A stretch of DNA of 25,065 nt from Gaiellaceae bacterium (GTDB lineage Bacteria > Actinomycetota > Thermoleophilia > Gaiellales > Gaiellaceae): contig JAWVDL010000058.1 of the NCBI GenBank assembly GCA_033857355.1, forward strand, positions 1 through 25,065, given 5' to 3'. This document shows, piece by piece, positions 7,791 to 15,197 of the stretch; positions within the stretch are counted from its first letter, which is position 1; each line of letters begins with the position of its first letter. The position numbers and the translations under genes are program-made. Below the pieces are notes generated by a model. That model was given only the letters and a program-made list of their open reading frames with translations, did no database searches and had not been told where the DNA came from.

Positions 7791-8732
7791 ATGCTCGAAG
7801 GGAAGACCGTCGCGGTCGTCGTGCCCGCGTACAACGAGGAGCGGCTGATCGCGGAGACCATCGCCGGGATCCCCGACTTCGTCGACCGCATCGTCGTGGT
7901 GGACGACAAGTCGCGTGACGCAACCGTCGAGCGGGCGCGCGCGGCGGGCGACCCGCGCGTCGAGGTCGTCGTCCACGAGAAGAACCAGGGCGTCGGCGCC
8001 GCGATCGTCACGGGCTACAAGCGAGCGCTGGCCGAGCGGGTCGACGTGACCGCCGTGATGGCAGGCGACAACCAGATGGATCCGGCCGAGCTCGAGTCGC
8101 TGGCAGGCCCCGTCGCGCGCGGGGAGCTCGACTATGCCAAGGCGAACCGCTTGTTCACGGGCCAGGCGTGGCAGCAGATCCCGCGGTACCGCTATCTCGG
8201 CAACGCCGTCCTCTCGCTCTTCACCAAGATCGCGTCCGGGTACTGGCACGTCGCCGACTCGCAGGCGGGCTATACGGCGGTCGGCCTCCCGATGCTGGAG
8301 CTGCTCGACCTCGACCGGATCTACAAGAGCTACGGCTTTCCGAACGACATCCTCGTGCACCTCAACGTGTGGAACGCCCGGGTCCGCGACATTCCCTCAC
8401 GCCCGATCTACGGCGTGGGCGAGAAGAGCGGGATCAAGGTGCGAAAGGTCGTTCCGCGCATCTCGTGGCTGCTCGTGAAGGGCTTCTTCTGGCGGATGCG
8501 CGAGAAATACGTGATCCGCGACTTCCACCCGCTCGTGTTCTTCTACATGCTCGGGTTCGCGATGACCTTCCTGGGCCTCGCGCTCGGAATCTTCGAGACC
8601 GTGCTGCGGATCATGGGCCACGGGATCCCGGCGGCGACGATCGTGCTCGTCGCGCTCCTCCTCATCTCCGGCTCGCAATTCGTGCTCTTCGGCATGTGGT
8701 TCGACATGGAGTCGAACAAAGACCTGCGTTAG
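7791..8732 (+). CDS. Glycosyltransferase family 2 (DPM-synthase/GtrB-like, two C-terminal TM helices)
   Basis: VVVPAYNEE, VVDDKSRD, NQGVGAA, MAGDNQMDP, DSQAGYTA motifs. Confidence 0.9.
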   Translation: MLEGKTVAVVVPAYNEERLIAETIAGIPDFVDRIVVVDDKSRDATVERARAAGDPRVEVVVHEKNQGVGAAIVTGYKRALAERVDVTAVMAGDNQMDPAELESLAGPVARGELDYAKANRLFTGQAWQQIPRYRYLGNAVLSLFTKIASGYWHVADSQAGYTAVGLPMLELLDLDRIYKSYGFPNDILVHLNVWNARVRDIPSRPIYGVGEKSGIKVRKVVPRISWLLVKGFFWRMREKYVIRDFHPLVFFYMLGFAMTFLGLALGIFETVLRIMGHGIPAATIVLVALLLISGSQFVLFGMWFDMESNKDLR

Positions 8733-8813
8733 CGGAGGTGTACCCGCGCTGTATCGGCCCGGGCGACAGTCGGACCCGTGAAGGCTGCCGCCGTTCACCG
8801 AAGCGGGCACCGA

Positions 8814-9500
8814 CTAGGCCGTCGCTGGTCCGGTCACGCCCTCGTCGGGCCGGTGCTTCGACCGGGCGTGGTACCGCCGCATCTTCGAACGGCTGCCGCA
8901 GCCCTCCATGCTGCACCAGCGCCGGGTGCGGTTTCGGCTCGTGTCGTAGAAGAGCCACCCGCAGTCGTCGACGCCGGGGCACTCGCGGACGCGCGTGAGG
9001 TCGCCGCCGGTCAGGAGCTCGACGGCGGACCCCACGACGGGCCAGAGGACCCGGCGCAAGTCCGGCTCGCTCGTCCACGACCAGACGAAGCGGTCGCCGG
9101 CGCGGACGAGAGAGGCCACTCGGACCGCGTCGAGGTGCTCGTCCTGGATCGCGCGCCGATCGTCGCGAGCAGGCTCCTCGCCGCGCGCGATAGCTCGGAA
9201 GACCCCGTCGACAGCCGCCCGGAGCCGGAGTGCGCGCTCGAAGACGTCGCGAGCGCCGTCGGGATCCGCCGCGGCAAGCTCGCCCATCTGGCTCATGGCC
9301 CGCTCTTCCAGCGCCTGGGCGTGCCAGCTCCAGCGAACGAGGTCGGTGTAGTCGTGCAGGAAGTCCTGCGGCGCGTCGCTCAGCGGGTCTTCGATCGTGT
9401 TCGCGAAATGGAGACAGAGCCGCCCGCCGAGCAGGCGCGGAAAGTCTCGTGTGAGTCCCTGCCCCCGGGTCTTCACGTTCCTTCTTTCGAGTCGCGCCAT
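8814..9500 (-). CDS. ABATE / CGNR zinc-finger domain putative transcriptional regulator
   Basis: LCLHFANT N-terminal motif; C-terminal RECPGVDDCGWLFYDTSRNRTRRWCSMEGCGSRSK; TAAACT -10 element 6 nt before the ATG. Confidence 0.88.
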   Translation of the reverse strand: MARLERRNVKTRGQGLTRDFPRLLGGRLCLHFANTIEDPLSDAPQDFLHDYTDLVRWSWHAQALEERAMSQMGELAAADPDGARDVFERALRLRAAVDGVFRAIARGEEPARDDRRAIQDEHLDAVRVASLVRAGDRFVWSWTSEPDLRRVLWPVVGSAVELLTGGDLTRVRECPGVDDCGWLFYDTSRNRTRRWCSMEGCGSRSKMRRYHARSKHRPDEGVTGPATA

Positions 9501-9585
9501 CGAACGAGTTTACCGTCTATACCAAGTTTGGAAGTAAAGGTTGCCGGACACGCATCCTTCGAGACCCAGGGGGGATGAGACGAAA

Positions 9586-10908
9586 ATGATCGGCAAGAGC
9601 CGCCTCGGCGCCGACTTCATGAAGCTCTGGAGCGCCCTGAGCATCTCGCTCATGGGCTCCGCGATCACCACGCTGGCGCTGCCGCTCATCGCGGCACGGA
9701 CGCTGGGCGCCTCCGCGCTTCAGATGGGCGCGCTCGCGGCGGCAAGCCAGGCGCCGTTCCTGTTCTTCAGCCTTCCTGCCGGCGCGTGGATCGACCGGAT
9801 GCGGCGTCGGCCGGTCCTCATCGCCTCGGATCTCGCGTCGGCGGTGTTGCTCCTTTCGATTCCGATCGCCGCGATCTTCGGAACGCCGCCGTACCTCCAG
9901 CTGTGCGCGGTGGCGTTCGGGGTCGGCACCTTCACGGTGCTCACGGATGTGGCGCACTACGCCTATGTGCCGACGCTCGTCGGGCGCCGGCAGCTGACCC
10001 CGTGCAACAGCCGCCTCCAGATCAGCCATTCGGTGGCCAACACGGCCGGTCCGGGCTTCGCCGGCATCCTCATTCAGCTGCTCAGCGCCTCGATCGCCGT
10101 ACTCGCCGACGCCTTCTCGTTCCTGGTCTCGGCCGTTCTCCTGCGGTCGATTCGCAAGCCGGAAACGGATGTCGAGCTCGAGGATCAGCCGGTCGGCCTG
10201 GTCCAGTCGGTGCGGGACGGGCTGCGGATGCTTCTCCGACACCGGCTGCTGCGTCCGATCATCCTCGTAACCGCGCCGGCCGGGTTCTTCGAGTCCGGCC
10301 TTCTCGCGCTCTACATCCTCTACGCCAGCCGGTACCTCCACCTGAGTCCGCTGCTGATCGGCCTGACCTTCGCCGCCGGCGGCGTGGGCGCGATCCCGGG
10401 CGCGATCCTTGCCGAGCGCGCCGGGGCACGCTTCGGCGTCGGGCCGACGATCATCGGCGGCTACGCCCTTGCCGGCGTTGCCGCGCTGCTCGTCCCCCTC
10501 GCGGGCGGCCCGGTTGCCGCCGTCGTCCTCATCCTGATGGTCGGCAAGGCAGTCGGCGGGATAACCGACACCGCCGCGAACATCCAGCAATGGACGCTCC
10601 GTCAGGCCGTCACGCCGGATCGCCTCGCCGGGCGAGTCACCGCGGGTCAACGCTTCCTCGTCTACGGCGCCTACGCGCTGGGCGCGCTCGCGAGTGGCGC
10701 CGTCGGCTCGCTGATCGGCGTCAGGGCCGCGCTCTTCGTCTTCGCGTTCGGCATGGTAGTCGCGCCGCTCTTGGGCGCATTCACGGCGCTGCGGGGCGTC
10801 CGCGAGCAGCCTGCGGAGGCCGATGACGATGAGTTGAAGCCGGCCGATGAGGAGAGGTCGGCTGCGGACGACACCCGGCACGCGATGCCGACGGCACCGG
10901 AGTTTTAG
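9586..10908 (+). CDS. MFS transporter (H+ antiporter / MFS_3-like)
   Basis: DFMKLWSALSISLMGS, AGAWIDRMRRRPVLIASD (motif A), RQAVTPDRLAGRV; many TM segments; start chosen at ATG 9586. Confidence 0.88.
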   Translation: MIGKSRLGADFMKLWSALSISLMGSAITTLALPLIAARTLGASALQMGALAAASQAPFLFFSLPAGAWIDRMRRRPVLIASDLASAVLLLSIPIAAIFGTPPYLQLCAVAFGVGTFTVLTDVAHYAYVPTLVGRRQLTPCNSRLQISHSVANTAGPGFAGILIQLLSASIAVLADAFSFLVSAVLLRSIRKPETDVELEDQPVGLVQSVRDGLRMLLRHRLLRPIILVTAPAGFFESGLLALYILYASRYLHLSPLLIGLTFAAGGVGAIPGAILAERAGARFGVGPTIIGGYALAGVAALLVPLAGGPVAAVVLILMVGKAVGGITDTAANIQQWTLRQAVTPDRLAGRVTAGQRFLVYGAYALGALASGAVGSLIGVRAALFVFAFGMVVAPLLGAFTALRGVREQPAEADDDELKPADEERSAADDTRHAMPTAPEF

Positions 10909-11054
10909 GCCGTCCAGGACAGCGCTCCACGGGCGCGCGACTGGAACGTCTCCCGGCCCCCCGATTGCGTGAAGCCAAAGCACGGTCCGATAGCGTGCGA
11001 CCGTCGTCGGGCGAGCCCCTATTCGCGCAACGCTCGAGCCATCAGGGATCTGAG

Positions 11055-12089
11055 GTGACGCAGCTTGTCGTCGGAGGCGCCGGCTTCATCGGCGCGAACC
11101 TGGCCGACCACCTCCTCGAATCCGGGTCGGATGTCGTCATCGCCGACGACTTCTCCCGTGTCGGCTCGCGAGAGAACGTGCGCTGGCTTTCGACGCGCCA
11201 CGCGGGTTTGAGGGTGGAGGCGGCCGACGTGGCGCGCGGGCCGGAGGTTCTCGAACCGCTCGTCCGGGGCGCAAGCGTCGTGTACCACTTCGCCGGCCAG
11301 GTCGCCGTGACCAAGTCGATCGAAGATCCGCGGCGCGACTTCGAGGTCAACGCTCTCGGCACCCTCAACCTTCTCGAAGCCGTGCGCGCGGCGAATCCCG
11401 AAGCCGTGCTGGTCTACGCGTCGACGAACAAGGTGTACGGAGCGCTCGAGGATCTGCCCGTCGAGGAGGAGGACACGCGCTACGCGTTCTCCGGCGGGCG
11501 CACGGGCATCGACGAAGGCCAGCCGCTCGACTTCCACTCTCCGTACGGGTGCTCGAAAGGGGCGGCCGACCAGTACGTCGCCGACTACTCCCGCACGTAC
11601 GGTCTTCGAACGATCGTCCTGCGCCAGTCGTGCATCTACGGCCAGAGGCAGTTCGGCGTCGAGGACCAGGGCTGGCTGGCCTGGTTCGCCATCGCAGCAG
11701 CACTCGGTCGCGAGATCACGATCTTCGGGGACGGCAAGCAGGTGCGTGACGTGCTCCACGTCGGCGACCTGGTCGACCTGATCGGGCGGGCGGTCGCGAA
11801 GAGCGAGAGCGTTCGCGCGCAGGTCTACAACGTCGGCGGGGGTCCCGAGGCAGCCGTGTCGCTGCTCGAGGCGATCGGCTTGATCGAACGGCACCTTGGT
11901 CGACCGCTGGACGTTTCGTTCTCGGAAGCCCGAACGGGCGATCAGCGGATCTACGTCAGCGACACCCGGCGCGCGCGGGACGAGCTCGGCTGGCAGCCAC
12001 GGGTGGGAGTGCGCGACGGGATCGCGCAGCTCATGGGCTGGATCGAGGCGAACCGGTCGCTCTTCGCGGTCGAGAGCTCGCCCGCCTGA
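11055..12089 (+). CDS. Extended SDR, CDP-paratose/CDP-tyvelose 2-epimerase-like
   Basis: VVGGAGFIG, HFAGQVAVTKS, YASTNKVYG, SPYGCSKGAADQY, LRQSCIYG, GDGKQVRDVLHVGD; GTG start after GAG at 11055. Confidence 0.85.
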   Translation: MTQLVVGGAGFIGANLADHLLESGSDVVIADDFSRVGSRENVRWLSTRHAGLRVEAADVARGPEVLEPLVRGASVVYHFAGQVAVTKSIEDPRRDFEVNALGTLNLLEAVRAANPEAVLVYASTNKVYGALEDLPVEEEDTRYAFSGGRTGIDEGQPLDFHSPYGCSKGAADQYVADYSRTYGLRTIVLRQSCIYGQRQFGVEDQGWLAWFAIAAALGREITIFGDGKQVRDVLHVGDLVDLIGRAVAKSESVRAQVYNVGGGPEAAVSLLEAIGLIERHLGRPLDVSFSEARTGDQRIYVSDTRRARDELGWQPRVGVRDGIAQLMGWIEANRSLFAVESSPA

Positions 12090-12097
12090 GCTACGAT

Positions 12098-12113
12098 ACG
12101 AACATATGTTCGT
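12098..12113. promoter_or_regulatory. LexA (SOS) box ACGAACATATGTTCGT overlapping the dinB start; -10 TACGAT at 12092-12097
   Basis: Perfect 16-bp palindrome matching the Gram-positive/actinobacterial CGAAC-N4-GTTCG consensus, directly at an SOS gene. Confidence 0.9.
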
Positions 12114-13302
12114 GTTGCCCGAGGCGACGATCCTCCACGCCGACCTCGACGCGTTCTTCGCCTCCGTCGAGCAGCGGGACGATCCGAGCCTCCGCGGCCG
12201 GCCGGTGATCGTCGGCGGGGGAGTCGTGCTCGCGGCGAGCTACGAGGCGAAGGCTCGCGGTATCCACTCGGCGATGGGCGGCGCGCAGGCTCGACGGCTC
12301 TGTCCTGACGCGATCGTGGTGCCACCGCGCATGTCGGCCTACGCCGACGCGAGCAAGGCGGTTTACCGCGTGTTCGAGGACACGACGCCGCTGGTCGAAG
12401 GGCTGTCGATCGACGAGGCGTTCCTGGACGTCAGCGGGATGAGGCGACTCGCCGGCAGCCCGATGGAGATCGCGGTCCGGCTGAAGCGCGAGGTCCGCGA
12501 ACACGTGGGGCTGCCGATCACCGTCGGCGTGGCCCGCACGAAGTTCCTCGCCAAGGTGGCTAGCGGGGTAGCCAAGCCCGACGGGCTCCTGGCCGTGCCG
12601 CCGTACCGGGAGCTCGCCTTCCTCCACCCACTGGCCGTGGAGCGGCTCTGGGGCGTCGGTCCGGTCACCGCGGACAAGCTCCGGTCGCGAGGGATCACGA
12701 CGGTCGGCCAGGTGGCGCAGCTTGCGGAGCCGATCCTCGTCTCGATGCTGGGCCGCGGAGCAGGTCGGCAGCTCCACGCGCTCGCGCACAATCGCGACCC
12801 GCGTGCGGTCCGGGTCGGCCGCCGTCGCGGCTCGGTCGGCTCGCAGCGCGCGCTGGGACGTTCGCGGAAGTCCGCCGAAGCCGTCGACGCCGTGCTCGTC
12901 TCGCTGGTCGACCGGGTCGCGAGACGGTTGCGGGCCGCGGATCGCGTCGGTCGCACGGTCGTCCTGCGATTGCGCTTTGCGGACTTCTCGCGGGCGACGC
13001 GGTCGCACACGTTGTCCTACGCGACCGAGAACACCCGAACGATCCTCGCGACGGCGAGAGGGCTGCTCACGGTTGCCATGCCGACGATCGAGCGCCGGGG
13101 GCTGACGCTGGTCGGCGTTTCGGTCGCGAACCTCGAAAACGATCTCCCCGCGCAGCTCATGCTGCCGCTCGACGGCTACTCGAGCGGAGCTCTGGACACC
13201 GCACTCGACGAGGTGCGAGTCCGGTTCGGCTCGGAGGCGATCACCCGAGCCGTGCTCCTCGGCCGCGACCAGGGACTGTCGCCGCCGCTCCTCCCGGATT
13301 GA
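12106..13302 (+). CDS. dinB: DNA polymerase IV (Y family)
   Basis: ILHADLDAFFASVEQ, AASYEAKARG, LSIDEAFLD, KFLAKVASGVAKPDG, LWGVG motifs; C-terminal little-finger domain. Confidence 0.95.
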   Translation: MFVLPEATILHADLDAFFASVEQRDDPSLRGRPVIVGGGVVLAASYEAKARGIHSAMGGAQARRLCPDAIVVPPRMSAYADASKAVYRVFEDTTPLVEGLSIDEAFLDVSGMRRLAGSPMEIAVRLKREVREHVGLPITVGVARTKFLAKVASGVAKPDGLLAVPPYRELAFLHPLAVERLWGVGPVTADKLRSRGITTVGQVAQLAEPILVSMLGRGAGRQLHALAHNRDPRAVRVGRRRGSVGSQRALGRSRKSAEAVDAVLVSLVDRVARRLRAADRVGRTVVLRLRFADFSRATRSHTLSYATENTRTILATARGLLTVAMPTIERRGLTLVGVSVANLENDLPAQLMLPLDGYSSGALDTALDEVRVRFGSEAITRAVLLGRDQGLSPPLLPD

Positions 13303-13311
13303 CCCGCTCGG

Positions 13312-13377
13312 TCAGGCCGGCAGCAGCTCCAGACGAACTGTGAACAGTCTGAGCAAACGGCGATATCGGTGACGCAT
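13312..13377 (-). CDS. Unannotated 21-aa small ORF MRHRYRRLLRLFTVRLELLPA
   Basis: ATG 13377-13375, TGA 13314-13312; strong SD GAGGAGGGAG just upstream; ECF-type promoter copy A upstream. Confidence 0.65.
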   Translation of the reverse strand: MRHRYRRLLRLFTVRLELLPA

Positions 13378-13397
13378 CTTTCTCCCTCCTCTCTGCT

Positions 13398-13429
13398 CTC
13401 AGGACGGATTCGCGGCCGCGCTTCTTCCC
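13398..13429 (-). promoter_or_regulatory. ECF-type promoter copy A: GGGAAGA-N16-CGTCCTGAG
   Basis: -35 at 13429-13423, -10 CGTC at 13406-13403; same geometry as three other copies. Confidence 0.8.
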
Positions 13430-13451
13430 TGGACGCCCGAACTGCGATTTC

Positions 13452-14021
13452 ATGGAGGACGTGCCTGCCGAAAGCGCCACCGCCGCAGAGCTCGTCGCCC
13501 GCTGCCGGGCCGGCGACCAGGACGCCTGGCGCGCGCTCGTCGAGCGGTTCTCGCGCTACGTCTTTGCGATCGCCGTCCAGGGCTTCCGGCTCCCGGAGCA
13601 TGCGGCCGAGGATGTCTTCCAGGAGGTCTTCGCCCGAACCTACGAGCACCTCGACCGGCTCCGCGACGACGCGGCGATTCAACCCTGGCTCGCCCAGCTC
13701 ACGCGCAGGCTCTGCATCGACCATCTGCGCGCTTCGTCGCGGGAGCAGCTCGAGGAAGAGCCCGAGCCCGACGTCGCGGAGGACACGTTCGAGCGCCTGG
13801 ACGATGCGCTCGCGGTGCACGAGGCGCTGGCCGAGCTGCCCGAGCAATGCGGGGAGATCCTCGACCGGTTCTTCGCGCGCGACGAGAGCTACCGGACGAT
13901 CGGCGAGCTCCTCGGCTTGCCTGCGGGAACCATCGCCAGCCGGATCTCGCGGTGCCTCGCAAAGCTGCGCGAGCACTTCGAGGGAAGAAATCCGTCCCCC
14001 AGCCCGTCTGGTGATCGATGA
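13452..14021 (+). CDS. ECF RNA polymerase sigma factor (sigma70 group IV)
   Basis: DQDAWRALVERFSRYVFAIA, AEDVFQEVF, WLAQLTRRLCIDHLR (region 2); LAELPEQCGEIL...SYRTIGELLGLPAGTIASRISRCLAKLR (region 4). Confidence 0.95.
   Translation: MEDVPAESATAAELVARCRAGDQDAWRALVERFSRYVFAIAVQGFRLPEHAAEDVFQEVFARTYEHLDRLRDDAAIQPWLAQLTRRLCIDHLRASSREQLEEEPEPDVAEDTFERLDDALAVHEALAELPEQCGEILDRFFARDESYRTIGELLGLPAGTIASRISRCLAKLREHFEGRNPSPSPSGDR
13982..14013 (+). promoter_or_regulatory. ECF-type promoter copy B inside the 3' end of the sigma gene: GGGAAGA-N16-CGTCTGGTG
   Basis: -35 at 13982-13988, -10 CGTC at 14005-14008, ATG of the next gene at 14018. Confidence 0.8.
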
Positions 14022-14272
14022 CCCATTACGACGAAGACCGGCTGGCTGCGCTGCTGCGCGTACTTCCGCCCGCTCCGAGAGGGTGGGTCACGGCTGCCCA
14101 GGAGCTGCCTCTGGCGCGCCGAGGGCTCGACGAGATCGTCGCCCGTGCCGAAGCCGACGCCGAGTTCAGGGCGCGGCTCGTCGCCGACCTCGAAGCCGCG
14201 CTCGAGGCCGAGGGCTACGAGCGGGACCCGGCCGTGCTCGAGGCGCTCCGGCAGCGTTTGGCCGGCGGTTGA
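14018..14272 (+). CDS. 84-aa soluble protein; candidate anti-sigma factor with an NHLP-leader-like C-terminal half
   Basis: ATGA overlap with the sigma gene; EIVARAEADAEFRARLVADLEAALEAEGY resembles NHLP-clan leaders; no TM helix; ends in GG. Confidence 0.75.
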   Translation: MTHYDEDRLAALLRVLPPAPRGWVTAAQELPLARRGLDEIVARAEADAEFRARLVADLEAALEAEGYERDPAVLEALRQRLAGG

Positions 14273-14859
14273 GCGAAGCCGACGACCTGCTTGGTCTGAG
14301 CGTCGGCGAGCTCCTCGACGAGCTGGCTTCGTCGGCTCCCGTTCCCGGATCTGGGTCGGCCTCCGCGCTCGTTGCGGCGATGGCCGCCGCGCTCGTGTCG
14401 ATGGCCGCGCGGCTTGCCTCCGACTGGGAGGACGCGTCGGGTGTCGCCGCCCAGGCAGACGCGCTGCGGATCCGCGCGGGCCGGCTCGCGCAGCTCGACG
14501 CAGAGGCGTACGGCGCCGTGCTCGAGCTCCGCGAGGCTCCTCTGGAGGAGCGACCCGAGGATCGAGACTTCCGTCTCGGAGGAGCGTTCTCGCACGCGGC
14601 GGACGTGCCGCTCGAGATCGCCGGCGTCGCCGAGGACGTCGCGGAGCTTGCAGCGCTCGTCGCCCACGCGAGCGCGCTCGCGCCGCGGGCGGACGCCGCC
14701 GGGGCGGCCGTGCTGGCGGCTGCGGCCGCCCGGAGCGCGGCGAGCCTCGTGGCGATCAACCTGTCGGTGGCGGAAGGCGATCCTCGCCCCGTGCGTGCTC
14801 GTGCGCACGCCCAGGCGGCCGAGCTCGCTGCTCGGCGCGCGCTCGAGGCGTCGGGCTAG
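14269..14859 (+). CDS. Cyclodeaminase/cyclohydrolase family protein (FTCD C-terminal domain-like)
   Basis: TTGA overlap; LLDELASSAPVPGSGSASALVAAMAAALVSM, DAEAY, AADVPLEIA, VAINL motifs. Confidence 0.85.
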   Translation: MSEADDLLGLSVGELLDELASSAPVPGSGSASALVAAMAAALVSMAARLASDWEDASGVAAQADALRIRAGRLAQLDAEAYGAVLELREAPLEERPEDRDFRLGGAFSHAADVPLEIAGVAEDVAELAALVAHASALAPRADAAGAAVLAAAAARSAASLVAINLSVAEGDPRPVRARAHAQAAELAARRALEASG

Positions 14860-14863
14860 CCGG

Positions 14864-14895
14864 AAAGACAAAAGCCGCCCGGCGTCCGAGCGGCT
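14864..14895 (-). terminator. Intrinsic terminator for the 67-aa gene (possibly bidirectional)
   Basis: Minus-strand stem AGCCGCUCGG/CCGGGCGGCU (one U-G pair) with a 3-nt loop, then UUUGUCUUU; lies between convergent stop codons. Confidence 0.7.
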
Positions 14896-14916
14896 CCTGT
14901 CTCTCCTGTGCTCGCC

Positions 14917-15120
14917 TCAGGCCGGCGCGGCGATTGCGGGCGCCGCGGCTTCGCGGACTCGGCGGTGGGCGAAGACCGGGCCCAGCGAGCTCAGTGCGCG
15001 CCGGACGCGGTGCTCACGCGGAACGGCCTCGGCGGCCAGGCGGTAGCGGGCCGCCTCGCGCAAGAGATCGTCGTTGCGGGCTCTGGCGAGTTCTTGCATC
15101 ACATATGGGTGGGACTGCAT
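14917..15120 (-). CDS. 67-aa hypothetical helical protein
   Basis: SD AAGGAG before the ATG, ECF-type promoter copy C upstream, terminator downstream; MQSHPYVMQELARARNDDLLREAARYRLAAEA... Confidence 0.75.
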   Translation of the reverse strand: MQSHPYVMQELARARNDDLLREAARYRLAAEAVPREHRVRRALSSLGPVFAHRRVREAAAPAIAAPA

Positions 15121-15148
15121 TTGCGGCTCCTTGCTCGTCGGTGACGAC

Positions 15149-15180
15149 TACTAGACGGGGGCCGCGTTGCTTTTCTTCCC
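15149..15180 (-). promoter_or_regulatory. ECF-type promoter copy C: GGGAAGA-N16-CGTCTAGTA
   Basis: -35 at 15180-15174, -10 CGTC at 15157-15154. Confidence 0.8.
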
Positions 15181-15197
15181 TTGTAGGCTCGCTGCCG

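Noticed and set aside
8733-13302. Possible genomic island (CGNR, MFS, epimerase, dinB) between unrelated loci
   Set aside because: I saw no integrase, transposase, tRNA or flanking direct repeat, and I could not measure compositional bias.
13369-14859. 496-aa ORF suggesting a sigma-cyclodeaminase fusion or frameshift
   Set aside because: The N-terminal 300 aa are off-frame shadow sequence of the sigma and partner genes; the real gene starts at the TTGA overlap at 14269.
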